Source: Vermamoeba vermiformis
Lineage: Eukaryota
Assembly: GCA_045837725.1 (NCBI GenBank)
Contig: JBEWZL010000084.1
Coordinates: forward strand, 557,737-577,736
Length of the DNA: 20,000 nucleotides
Reading direction: 5' to 3'
Positions 1-10,379 of this stretch are shown one piece after another. The notes under the pieces were generated by a model. It did not search any database and had not been told where the DNA came from. It saw only the letters and a program-made list of their open reading frames with translations. Position 1 is the first letter of the stretch; the number at the start of each line of letters is the position of its first letter. The translations under genes were made by a program, and so were the position numbers.

Positions 1-59
1 AGATCCTCACTCGCATGCCAGGGGTAAGTTTAGTTTGTGTGTTGGTGGCTACATCAGTG

Positions 60-405
60 AAGGTAATTGACTCGTAAAAATCCCGATGAATTTTTTTTGC
101 TCCAAGGTCAATTGATTGGTTGGCATAAACACATTGCTCCACCTTTTTCTTCTTTGGTAATTTCTCTTTTGCCTTGGTTGGATTTTTTTGCTCACTTGCA
201 ACATTTTGTTGGATTCGACTTCAGATGAGCATGTTCAGCCATTATTTGGCTTGGATCAATAGGGCCTTCATCAACATCGAGGCAAAGAATTTCATTAAGT
301 TTTTTGGGTGACTCTGCAGGTTTTTCTATGTTGTTGTTAGGTGCTGAAGCTCCTTTCTTTGGTCTTCCTTTTTTGGATGCTGATCAGATGGCTATTTTTT
401 TCCAT
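60..405 (-). pseudogene. Degenerate Lys/Pro-rich ORF fragment with an AT-hook-like KGRPKKG motif, divergent from the transposase remnant; probably transposon-derived
   Basis: Minus strand reads KGRPKKGASAPNNNIEKPAESPKKLNEILCLDVDEGP..., then stops and frameshifts; no other recognisable domain. Confidence 0.3.
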
Positions 406-449
406 GATACCAACAGCTAAATAAATATCTGGTGCTTCTTTTTCAAATG

Positions 450-2590
450 AAATGCATTAAGAAGGTCGAGAGCAGGAAGGATTGATGAAGATTGAAAAGA
501 AGAAAGACTTTGAAAAATTGATCTCCGAAAGAATGTTGCTCAAAATCACCAACTAGCCGTTACAAATATGCTAGGCTGTAATAAAATGCACATTATCTTT
601 ATAGCGATGATGGAAGCCCCAAAAAAGCGTTATTACCCAAAAAATTATGAAAAGACTCTCATGGGAGTGTTGGAAGCTCTTGCATCCAAAGTTTTGACGG
701 ATCTTAGCTCAAATCAGTGGCAAAGTGTTAGAAAAGCAGCTGGACTTCCAATCTATCGCAACGAACTATCAAAAGCATTCAATAGAACCCTTAGTGATAA
801 TTCTTCCATCGTTTGAGATTTTGTAATGGGGCTTTTTTTGAGCCTGAATTTTTAATTTTGGAGATTTTGGATCTGTACACTCAAAAACAAGCATTCAAAC
901 CTCCAGAAAAAAATGATATCAGCGTCAAGCTATCCTGGGACAATAGGAACATTTATAACAACAAGAAGACAAATGGATCAGTAGTTTTTAGCTTTCCAAA
1001 TGTGGCCAAATCTCAAAGCTCATCCAACGTACATGAATTGCAATTGCTGCAATTCCAGAGGACTCTAGCAACCTAAGAATGCTGTTAAGAGAAGTAGAGT
1101 TGGATGAATTCATAGCAGAATATAATAACAAAATTGTGAATGTTAATGGAAAGGAGTATAAAATTATTTTGTTCACATCCACGGATTGGATGGCATTAAT
1201 TGCCAAACTTGATGATATAGCTCTTCCAAATACAAGGAGCTTGGATGATCTCATATGCCCATTCTGTGGTTGTAACAAGCACTACTTAAGATTTGGTTGG
1301 CATGAGGAGCCATTCAAGCTTGGAGATATTTCATTGGAAATTGATGATTTTCCAAAAGCAGCTCTACCCTCTCTTTTATTAAAATCTCTGCATGGAGTTA
1401 CAAATATGCTTTCAAATGTCCTTGTTCTCCTCTTTAACCTGATACCCAAGAACTCAGGCTGTCGTACTCAGTTCAAGGTACTGTAACCTGCCAAATAACT
1501 CGGAATTTTTCGCTGAATTTTCCCGAGCGGATCGCGAACGAAATCAGTTACTTGGTCGAACGATTGATTAATTTAATTATATATATACATAATACACCAA
1601 ATTTAAGGCAAGCCAGCACTAATTGGCAAAAATTTTCAAACCAAATCCAAAATTAAACTAACGCGAATCCAAAATGTACAACGAATTTTGGCTTTCCTTG
1701 GGTACAAATCAACTAAAAATAATATTTTAAACCAACTTTGCGTGGTTTTGTGCAAAGCTTACCCAAAAATCAAAACCAAATCCAACTTCAATCCAACCGA
1801 ATCCAAAATAACGACCGAATTTCAATGTGATAACCAAGAATTAGGTTGTTTATGATTATAAACACCTATTCTTGTTGTGCCAAGGCCAAAATTTTGTTGT
1901 GTATGCCTAATTTTTATCGAACTACCAACGCGCGAACCGAAAAAAAAATAAAAATTCTATTTGTGTACGGCTGGATTCGAACTTGGAAAATTTACGAGTT
2001 ATTACGCAGTTTACAGTAATTCTTCAAAAAAACCTTAGTGGATGGGATGTGAAACAAAGCATGACTCCAATGCTCATGGATCCACATTTTTGGTGTTGGA
2101 TTCAGTACGAGTATTTAATAATTTTGAATACAAAGAGTGCCCCAAAAAACAAGACTTTGATGTCTTGTGAACTGCAAGACAAGCATTCATCAGTGTCTAC
2201 CATGGAAACCTTTGGTGGTTGACTGTGACTCAACATTTTATGACAAATGAAGCTTTGAGATTTGCTCAGATTGACAACGAAGCATACAATACTTTGCAGG
2301 AAGGTGTAGAACATGCTCATTTGGACGATAACAAGAGCTCTAATGTCACTTTCAAGGGTGGTAATTCGAATGCAACTGGTACCAACTGCTGGCAACAGAT
2401 CCCCAACAAGCAGCACATTAGATGAGAGTTAAACAAAAGATATCTGGCTCCAGAAGGCACTTTGCCCCTTCATTATAGATTTATAACTCAGAAGACAATG
2501 CTGGTGACTTGGAGTATCCCAAATATGCCCCTTCTCAACTAAAATGGATTAGCACTTGGTTCAAGAATGACCCAATGGACCAGTAGATGT
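450..2590 (+). mobile_element. Decayed Transib/RAG1-like DDE transposase gene (frameshifted, split by a MITE)
   Basis: Motifs across ORFs 568-816, 813-1076, 1079-1486 and 2019-2425 occur in the same order as the RAG1/Transib core: VKLSWD (first Asp), FTSTDWMAL (second Asp), CPFC (CxxC), LHG (DxxH; copy at 11.9 kb reads YDLMCGVTN), TVTQHFMTNE (cf. RAG1 TNYFHKTLAH), LQEGVEHAHLDDNK (cf. ASEGNESGNK). Several stops, frameshifts and a deletion. Confidence 0.7.
1481..2016. mobile_element. 536-bp MITE with a TA target-site duplication (Tc1/mariner-type)
   Basis: Imperfect ~31-bp TIRs: left CTGTAACCTGCCAAATAACTCGGAATTTTTC vs reverse complement of right CTGTAAACTGCGTAATAACTCGTAAATTTTC. TA flanks both ends (1479-80, 2017-18). 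Removing it restores the transposase frame (FKV|ILQKNLSGWDVKQ). Internal AAACCAAATCCAA repeats. Confidence 0.85.
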
Positions 2591-2746
2591 AAAAAATTAA
2601 ATAAAATATTTGATAGCTTACTAACTGATTGTAAAATACAGCCTTTGCTTACACCAACTTAATACCTTAATAGAAGTCAATATCCTGAGTCAAGGTTATT
2701 ATTCGGTTGGGTGGTTAATTTTTGTTTATTTTTTCATTATTTTTTT

Positions 2747-2763
2747 GGATGTGATAGTCTTGA
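2747..2763 (+). promoter_or_regulatory. Candidate shared cis-element GGATGTGATAGTCTTGA upstream of the P450
   Basis: Exact 17-bp match to 10314-10330; both copies follow TTCAT plus a T-tract and lie 50-130 bp upstream of a start codon. Confidence 0.4.
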
Positions 2764-2892
2764 ACATTGCAAGATATAATAAATAATGCCATCGGTGCCA
2801 CTTATTGAAAAGAATTGTTTTTTTTTTATTATTTCGGAACTAAGAAGAGGTCTATTGTTAAATTCAATCTGTATTCAAGGCTAAAGTGGGCC

Positions 2893-4870
2893 ATGGTAAC
2901 AATTTTAATCTTATTGTTTGTCTTCATATTTCTGCTATCTCTAGTGTACTCCAATTGGGTAAGTTGTGAATATGCACTAATTATAAGTACTAATAGATTT
3001 CTACTTAAGTACCCTGCATCATACCCTAAAGGGCCGCTGCGGCTTCCTCTCTTGGGAAATGCAGCCAACTTATTGTTCTCCAAGGAAAAACATTTTCACA
3101 AGTAACAATTACATTTTCATATGAAAGCTCACTTTTTATCACTGTTTGTAGGAAGCTGAAGGAGATGGTATCTCAATATGGTAATCATTTGGGGTTTGCT
3201 ATGCTTTATTAATTTCAACCATATTAAGGGACTTTCTTCAGTCTTACAATTGGTCAGAGTGAAATGGTAGTGTTGGCAGATGCTAATTTGTGCTATGAAG
3301 TATTGGTCAATCAAGGTTGTAATCACAGGAAATCAAATCAGCTTTTAACGCATTGATTTCAGGATCCAAGACATTGGGCAGGAGATTGACATTTGCACAT
3401 TACATTTATCAGTAAGTTAGTTATTTCAGTTACGGATAATGTCTGACAAAAGAAAAACAGAGGTTTTTTGGAGGATTGGGACAAAAAACGGTAAATACAT
3501 GTTAATACAGATTGTAGTATGACCATTATCAGACCAGAGGAATCGCGAGGCATTGCCTCTTCAAGTCCTCCTAAATGGCAAGCTGCAAGAAGTCTGGTTG
3601 CCTCTACTCTTCTTAAAGTTGACATGTTTGCCAAATTTGAGAGCATTTTGAACGAAGAAGCTCAATTCTTGGTGGATGCTATTGGTTACTTCTCTTCCAC
3701 GGCTGATAAGGTGAAGATAAAACAAATCTCATGTTTCTTAACTCTTACAGGTGGATATATGCACGCTGCTCCAGTTGACAACGTTAAATACAATGATGAG
3801 AGTTATCTGCAGCGTAAGGCTTGGAAAAATTGGGAACGAAGATTTGGTTTCAGAAGATGGCATAAGCATTTTAGCAGCAATCAACAATATTTTTGATTAT
3901 TTTTCAGCCAGTAATTTGGAATTGAGCTTACCAAAGCTGAGATATCTGCCCCATAGTAGATATACAGCATTTGTAAGCTCAGTTAAGCTACTTAGGACCC
4001 TTTTTAATAGGGCAATATCTGAAACTCCTCCTTCTTCTCTATTAGCAGAGATTTGTGAACTTACAGGTGAAAATGATCGGGAGGAGGTAATTACAATTTG
4101 CGAAGATCTGCTCTTGGCAGGCTCAGACACAACAGTAAGTTACTCTTTTCAAAGAACTTACAAGTAAAATGTTTACAGGCAAACACAATTGCATATTGTG
4201 TGAGGCAATTGGCAAATGATAGAAGCATCCAAACAAGACTGAAAAGAGAATTGCAGTTGAACCCTTCTGATAATGCCTTCCTACGCTCAATTGTTAAAGA
4301 GGTTTGGTTTGGGTGCTATGAATTTTGATGGTAATTGCTTAAGTAGACACTTCGTTTGTACCCTACTGCTCCAATCGGGATCCCTCATAAAGTGTTAGAG
4401 ACAGTTAGAATAGGATCTACAGAGATTCCCCCAGGGGTAAAGATTAAATTAAAAATCCAATAAGAATCTGACTACTTTTGAGGTTGTTATCCTCCCTTGC
4501 ATTTATGCTCTTCATACTTCCCAGAAGTGCTGGAAAAACGCTGAGGAATTCAATCCAGAAAGATTTTTGGAAGTGACATCAACTCAATGGTTCATCCCTT
4601 TTTCTGCAGGTGGCAAAGAAAATAATTTAATTTAATATTTACATTTATGTAGGACCTAGGATGTGTATTGGAAAAAAGCTTGCTGAACAGGAGATCACAG
4701 TTATTTTGAAAAGCATATTTCAAAAATATTCTCTGCATTTGGTTGGAGAAGTAGCGTGGACTGACGGTATAGTTGCCTGTCCAAAATTAACATTTTAATG
4801 TTTTCTTCTAGATGCAAAATTTACTGTTGGGCCTACCAAATTTTCAGTTTATGCTAAAACAACTGACTAA
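2893..4870 (+). CDS. Cytochrome P450 monooxygenase, ER-anchored type, ~12 short introns
   Basis: Spliced reading gives an N-terminal hydrophobic anchor (MVTILILLFVFIFLLSLVY), PKGPLRLPLLGN hinge, WQAAR, I-helix LLLAGSDTT, K-helix E|TLR, FNPERF and haem loop FSA|GPRMCIG. GT-AG introns of ~40-50 bp restore the frame; stop TAA at 4868-4870. Confidence 0.95.
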
Positions 4871-5014
4871 CCACGCTTACAATACTGAAAAGCAAATCTG
4901 CACACAATGCCAGCTTGATAGTCATGTAAAAAATTCTTAATTTTTGAAAATACCTTTAAATAAAATTTATTCATTGTTTTTTGTGATATTTTCCATACAA
5001 TCAGGGTGAAGACA

Positions 5015-5709
5015 ATGGAGATATTCACTATTCTTGAAAGCTCTGAACCCAGTGAGCAGGCTAGGGTCAAAGCTCTTATAAAAAATATACAAGAAATTGG
5101 AATAAAGAAACAAATACACGTATTATGCAACAAGCCTATTTCAGGGCTTAATGGACATTGTATTTCAGTTCCTAGCATTCAACCACAATACTTGAAGCTG
5201 TACTTGTGGAGTTTTGTTCAATTTAAGCGAGTTCTTTTCATTCAACCAGGTAGGAATATTGATATAGTCAACATTGGCTAAGTTTGACAGGGATTCTGGT
5301 TTTGCAAGACTTTTCTGTTTTGGAAAAATACTCAGAAACTTTTCAGGCAGCTCCAATGTATGATGCTCCTGACATATTTAGCAGTGCAGTAATGCTATTG
5401 ACCCCATGTACAAGAACCTTCAACATGCTTCTATGGCGATACAGTCGGCATTTAGGGGCCATGAATAATGTCGACTTATTTCTCAATGAAGCCTTTCCTG
5501 AGTGGGAGACAAATTCATCACAGCGCCTCTCTACCAGTTTTAATATGCCTTTGCCCGTTTGCAAGATTAAACCTGCTTATTGGAAGCAAAAGGCAGAGAA
5601 GGAAGGAATATATTTAATTAATTTCCAAAAGATTTCTACTGCCAAATCTGAAACTGATACTCCAGAAATAGCATATTTCAAAGAGAAGTACCTTGTGTTG
5701 ATGGAGTAA
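5015..5709 (+). CDS. Glycogenin-like GT8 family protein lacking the canonical catalytic motifs (putative pseudoenzyme)
   Basis: Two exons (5015-5249, 5291-5709; 41-bp intron). Aligns by eye to GT8 (KLYLW..FKRVLFI, AAP..PDIFSSAVMLLTP, FLNEAFPEW..LSTSFNM), but DxD reads QPG and the C-terminal HF reads NF. Confidence 0.8.
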
Positions 5710-5837
5710 TAACAGTCTGTCTGATTACTATGAATTCCCTGTATCTGTGCAGACCCATTTGTTAAACTGCTTGACACTGTGTTAAATTTGGTAGTGCTTG
5801 CCATAATTAATAAATAATTATGCAATTATTATGCAGG

Positions 5838-6035
5838 GTAGCAAGGGGCTTGCATTGGGCATTGATGACAGAGTGGAATTCATCAGGAGGCATAAAACTT
5901 GCATTGATTTCTCATCCTCCTGAGACTCATTGATTAATGGTGGGGCAAGCGGGACTCAAGTTTGCAGTACATTTCTACAAGAAAATAGAAAAACAGGGTA
6001 TGATGTGGCTTTGAAAATAGCACATCCTCTTAATG
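5838..6035 (+). pseudogene. Protein kinase N-lobe exon fragment
   Basis: AG...GT-bounded segment reading ...SS*DSLINGGASGTQVCSTFLQENRKTGYDVALKIAHP, i.e. a Gly-rich loop plus VALK; one in-frame TGA; no downstream kinase subdomains seen. Confidence 0.45.
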
Positions 6036-6272
6036 GTATGTCAATAAACTATCATATAAGGTCACCTTTCTCCAACCGCTTCACTACCAAATGTAAAACC
6101 GAAAATCACACCTGTGATTTTTATCACAAATCATGGAGAATCTTGTGTGATTAAAATTTATCACTATGAGATTCTAGTCACACTGTGATGACCGTATTGC
6201 TAGCAATACATACTACGGGATTATTCTATACTTAATAAAACACTAGCAGAATTTTGTAATTGGATAACTTTA

Positions 6273-6513
6273 TCAAAAAAACCTTGGTGGGTGGGATGTG
6301 AAACAAAGTATGACTCCAGTGCTCATGGATCCACATTTTTGGTGTTGGATTCAGTACGAGTATTTAATAATTTTGAATACAAAGAGATCCCAAAAAAACA
6401 AGACTTTGATGCCTTGTGGACTGCATTCATCAGTGTCTACCATGGAAACCTTTGGTGGTTGACTGTGACTCAACGTTTTATGACAAATGAGCTTTGAGAT
6501 TTGCTCAGATTGA
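6273..6513 (+). mobile_element. Second fragment of the Transib/RAG1-like transposase
   Basis: Near-identical to 2024-2274 (GSTFLVLDSVRVFNNFEYKE...LWWLTVTQ). Confidence 0.9.
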
Positions 6514-7457
6514 GGGAGGAACTTTTAATGTGTGGAAAAATTGGCAAAGTCCATTTTTGTCTGGAAACACGTAATTATTGTACCAAAAACTCTAACAGAA
6601 TGTACAAAAAATGAGAGTGGATGGTATGACAGGTTGGTTTTAAAAAAATAATTGGGAGTACGTCCTAATGCGATGGCAAGTATGCTGAAGTGCATTTTGT
6701 AGTATGCTCAAAAAATAAAATAGCTTTTGGTTTGTAATTCTGTGCTAGAAATTTGCACAATTGTGGAGAGTTAACTGCAGGTTCCACATGGATTTGGCAA
6801 AGAGATTTATAGCAATATGTTACTGATCAGGAACTGCCAATGACTCCAACTTGAGTGAATCTCCTAAACATTGCCGTAGCAAAGAAGTGCATTTCTCTGG
6901 TTTCTTCTTCTTTTGCAGGTTGCTTTTGTTGCTGAATTCTCTCATGGAAGGAGAGATGGTCTGGGCTTATTGATCTTCAGCTTAGGGAGGTGGCACCTAA
7001 TTTTGTTAGATTAAAGTCAACAAATTGAGAAGTCTAATTAGACTAAACATATTCATACCTATGAAGGTTAATAGTGCCATTCTTCATAATTTTGATTTTT
7101 AATCTGGTTTTATTTTACCGGATTAAATCTGTAAATTGAGATTTGTAAAAATGTGAATTTAGTTGCCAATTGAACTGGTCAACTAGCATGTTATAAATTA
7201 GAATATTCTGAACACTTTCATGTTATTCTCATGTTTATAGATGTTCTGCAGCAAGAGATATAAATTGAGTTTTGTGAATCCCGTCTAGGAGAAATTTGAA
7301 AATCCATTTTTTCATATTAACTAGGCTACCTGTAATAATTTTTTGTGATTGTATAGGTATTCTGTGGCAGCAAGTACCAGGTCCACTAAGATTTGGGTCA
7401 GTAAAATGAGTTATAAAAGAGATAAAGCTAAATCCAGTTTAGCTTTTCCTGATCGAG

Positions 7458-7539
7458 AGATGAGAGTTAAACCGTTCATTATAGATTTATAAACTCAGAA
7501 GACAATGCTGGTGATTTGTAGTATCCTAAATATGCCCCT
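7458..7539 (+). mobile_element. Third fragment (3' tail) of the same transposase element
   Basis: Matches 2420-2532 (AGATGAGAGTTAAAC...TTCATTATAGATTTATAA-CTCAGAAGACAATGCTGGTGA...AAATATGCCCCT) with a short deletion. Confidence 0.85.
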
Positions 7540-7739
7540 GCAGCTTGTAGAATAAGAATATTATTTTTTTATCATTACTGGAAGGCTTGAAAGCCCAGCA
7601 TGGTTGTGTCAATCCAAGCAATTTGAAATCATTTGGTAAATCTCCAATTTAATTTCAAACAACTCAGCCAGCATCTAAATCTACATGGACACATTGAAAG
7701 GGCAGTAAATTGAGTATATAAAAAATTCAGTATAGATTT

Positions 7740-9000
7740 AAGACGATGGTAGGACTTTGCTTACAAGTTATTTCACTGCAGTGGACAATCCTCTTCTCTT
7801 AATATCAGTGCAAAATTGATCTATATTTGAATAATTTTTGTTTGGAGTTGTGCAGTTTCAATCTGGCTGAAATGATCTTGCCATTTTGTTGACAGGTTTC
7901 ACAGTTTTGAAGTGGCACTAACAACAAGTGCATCTCTGACATCAATGAGCAATTCTAATGCAATAGTCAAATTGAACATTGGTTTTCTCATAGACTCCTG
8001 GTCTATGTCGTTTAAGGAAGCATTTAACCAGCTTCCCACTAATTTAGCAGAAGATTTCAATTTTACAAGATCTTTAGATGTTATTAACAATTTGGATAGA
8101 AAGAACAATCATAAGCATAGAGCAAGTTCATACAAGCACTATGATTCTTCACCTAGTGCAGGAGCACCAATCTTTCTATAAGGAGGAGGAATGTAATGAG
8201 TAGAGCACAATCTACTGTAGCTCATATCCTGTAACATAAATAGTTTGTCTATCACAACACCTGTCAAGTAACTTCAATTGTTACACAAGCCCGCTACAGC
8301 ACAGGAAATTTCATTGGAGACTTTTGATACACTCCTTGCATGTTATAAAATATATATAAAGCGTTCTACGATAAAATAAAAAAATTTACTTTTCAGCGAA
8401 AGTTCCTACGAAGTTGGAAGCAACTTGTACCAAAAATAGAATTTTTTTAACGGCAGTATTTTGAGCTGGCGACTTCCGTTGCAGTGTCCGTGTCAGTGGT
8501 ATTACTGCAAGCCGTTGGCGCGAACTCCGCAGCTCTTCGTGGAAGCTCGCACGGAAGTTACCTACGAAAGTTCCTGCTGCAGTGCAACTTCGTAGCAACT
8601 TTGAAACAGCAAAAAAACACCTCCGTTCAAGCTAGAACCAGTGGATAGTAGTGTACACAGCACCCCTCCACTGCTATCCACTTGATTCAGCTACGAAGAA
8701 GTGCGAGGAAGCTCGCCAGAACAAGTCGGTAACAACTTGCTACCAACTTGGTACCAAAAATAGCAACTTCGCAAAAAAGCAAATTTTTTTAAATTACCAT
8801 AGAGCACTTTATATATAAATATGAATATGGAGGACTCTACTTACTCATTATGCTGTCTACAGCACTGCATAGCTACATTGTCATTTCGATTGGTGCCAAA
8901 GGGTACAAAAATTTCACTAGCAATTACATGCTGAGATCACTGAGAGAATATAATCTTGGCGAGTTTCCATGTCCTACTTTTGGTAGTGTTGAGATTTCAT
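7740..9000 (-). pseudogene. Spliced pseudogene of unknown family, interrupted by a MITE
   Basis: Exon-like frame from ~8228 to ~7740 (DMSYSRLCSTHYIPPPYRKIGAPALGEES*CLYELALCL*LFFLSKLL...) with scattered stops, preceded by a CAG acceptor. An upstream exon-like piece at ~8845-9000 ends in a GTAAGT donor. Confidence 0.4.
8351..8817. mobile_element. ~470-bp MITE with ~50-bp imperfect TIRs in a TA-rich site
   Basis: Left TATATATAAAGCGTTCTACGATAAAATAAAAAAATTTACTTTTCAGCGAA vs reverse complement of right TATATATAAAGTGCTCTATGGTAATTTAAAAAAATTTGCTTTTTTGCGAA. Interior is CpG-rich with repeated GAAGTT/CAACTT motifs. Confidence 0.8.
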
Positions 9001-9084
9001 CTATTTGAAAAATATATCACTGAAATGAATGCTCTAAGACTTGTTTGAGAATTTATATTTATGGATTGAAGTCAAATTGCATTC

Positions 9085-10182
9085 TTACTCATTGTAAGCA
9101 GAAGCCAAAATGGCAAAAATATATTCTATCACATCAAAAGGTAACTCCAAAGATACACGAAAGCAACGATGATCTGGATTTGCTCCAAATGCACTCCCAG
9201 GAATAATTATAATATTTTTCTTTTCTTTCAGAGAGGCAGCTATATCCATGTCTTTCAAATTCCCAGGAAAATCTTTAAGTTGTACCCAAACAAAGCATAG
9301 TATCTTATTTTTGAATATCTGTATTTTAGGATAGAGAAGTGCCATTTTGTCTATCAAAACTGATCTTTGTTTACACAAGTCATCCAGCTGCTTTCTCCAT
9401 TGCTGGTAAGCATCAAGACGAGTCAAATTCACATCTGTTATTACAGAAATTACTTCTGTTAAAGCATTGGATATGTTTCCTTGAGTATGAAAGGCTAGGG
9501 TTTTGATACTCTCTGCCTCTAGTGCTGAGGGGCAGAGAAGCACTCCCAAACGGAGGTTAGGACAAGATAAAACAAATTTACCAAAGCTTATTGCTGTATA
9601 CACTCCTTGTTTGATATTGTGTATGTATGAGTTATCTTTGAAGTGCCAACAGTAAGTTGCATCAGCAATCACTTTGACATCCTCCAAGCAATTACCAATC
9701 ATTTTTAGTTCTTTTTCAGAAAATTTTTTCCCTGTTGGATTGTGGGGATCATTAAAAATGAATACATCTGGGCTGGCTTTCTGTAAGTGAGATATAGTGG
9801 TTGCATCTATTTCCCCAGCAGAATTTAATGGTATTGTGACAAAGTTGCAATTTAAGGCAGAAGCTTGAGTTTGAAACATTGGGAAAAAAGGTGATAAAGC
9901 AGCAACTTTCAACGTTCTCTTTTTTTCAATAAAGATGTGAAGAAGAGTTAAATGTATAGCATTTGTTGCACCATAAGTAATTACAATAGATGATGGATCA
10001 ATAATCCCCAGAAAATTTAAATACTGTGAAAGCTGAGCCTGTAGATTGGGGTAATGAATAACTCCTTTTTCTCTTTCAGGGTTTGAAAAAAGATGCTTCC
10101 AGTTTTTGATTAGCTGCTCTGTCAACAACAAAGGAGAGGGACAGGCAGTAGGAACTACATAGCCTGCATCAATAGGATCCAT
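9085..10182 (-). CDS. PLP-dependent aminotransferase class I/II (fold type I), intronless, 365 aa
   Basis: Motifs ITYGATNAI, SPFFPMF, NDPHNPTG, DATY, SFGK(PLP Lys)..PNLRLG and IPGSAFG..FRVS in one uninterrupted ORF. Confidence 0.93.
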   Translation of the reverse strand: MDPIDAGYVVPTACPSPLLLTEQLIKNWKHLFSNPEREKGVIHYPNLQAQLSQYLNFLGIIDPSSIVITYGATNAIHLTLLHIFIEKKRTLKVAALSPFFPMFQTQASALNCNFVTIPLNSAGEIDATTISHLQKASPDVFIFNDPHNPTGKKFSEKELKMIGNCLEDVKVIADATYCWHFKDNSYIHNIKQGVYTAISFGKFVLSCPNLRLGVLLCPSALEAESIKTLAFHTQGNISNALTEVISVITDVNLTRLDAYQQWRKQLDDLCKQRSVLIDKMALLYPKIQIFKNKILCFVWVQLKDFPGNLKDMDIAASLKEKKNIIIIPGSAFGANPDHRCFRVSLELPFDVIEYIFAILASAYNE

Positions 10183-10313
10183 TATGGTTGACCAATAGAA
10201 TTTATATTAGTCTGTTACTTCCAGCACAAGCCAAAACGAAAATACAATATTACTACTTACTATATTTTTAAGAGTGTGTTTGTAATTCTAAATATAATTT
10301 TTATTCATTTTTG

Positions 10314-10330
10314 GGATGTGATAGTCTTGA
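10314..10330 (+). promoter_or_regulatory. Second copy of GGATGTGATAGTCTTGA in the ~200-bp divergent promoter of the aminotransferase and GT8
   Basis: Exact match to 2747-2763; lies between the ATGs at 10182 (-) and 10380 (+). Confidence 0.4.
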
Positions 10331-10379
10331 TAGTTTTGTTGACGATTACCGAACAGTGAACCATTTATTTTTCATAGCC

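Noticed and set aside
2815-4328. Separate small ORFs read as a prokaryotic operon or frameshifted pseudogene
   Set aside because: They are exons of one P450; canonical GT-AG introns restore a continuous frame.
6181-6187. RSS-like heptamer CACTGTG (also CACAGTG near 13384 and 14519)
   Set aside because: No nonamer at 12/23 spacing for the 6181 copy; none lie at an element end; a few chance occurrences are expected in 20 kb.
6520-7450. Possible gene between transposase fragments 2 and 3
   Set aside because: Only short stop-riddled frames; no motif recognised.
8386-8598. 70-aa ORF
   Set aside because: Lies inside a MITE; no protein features.
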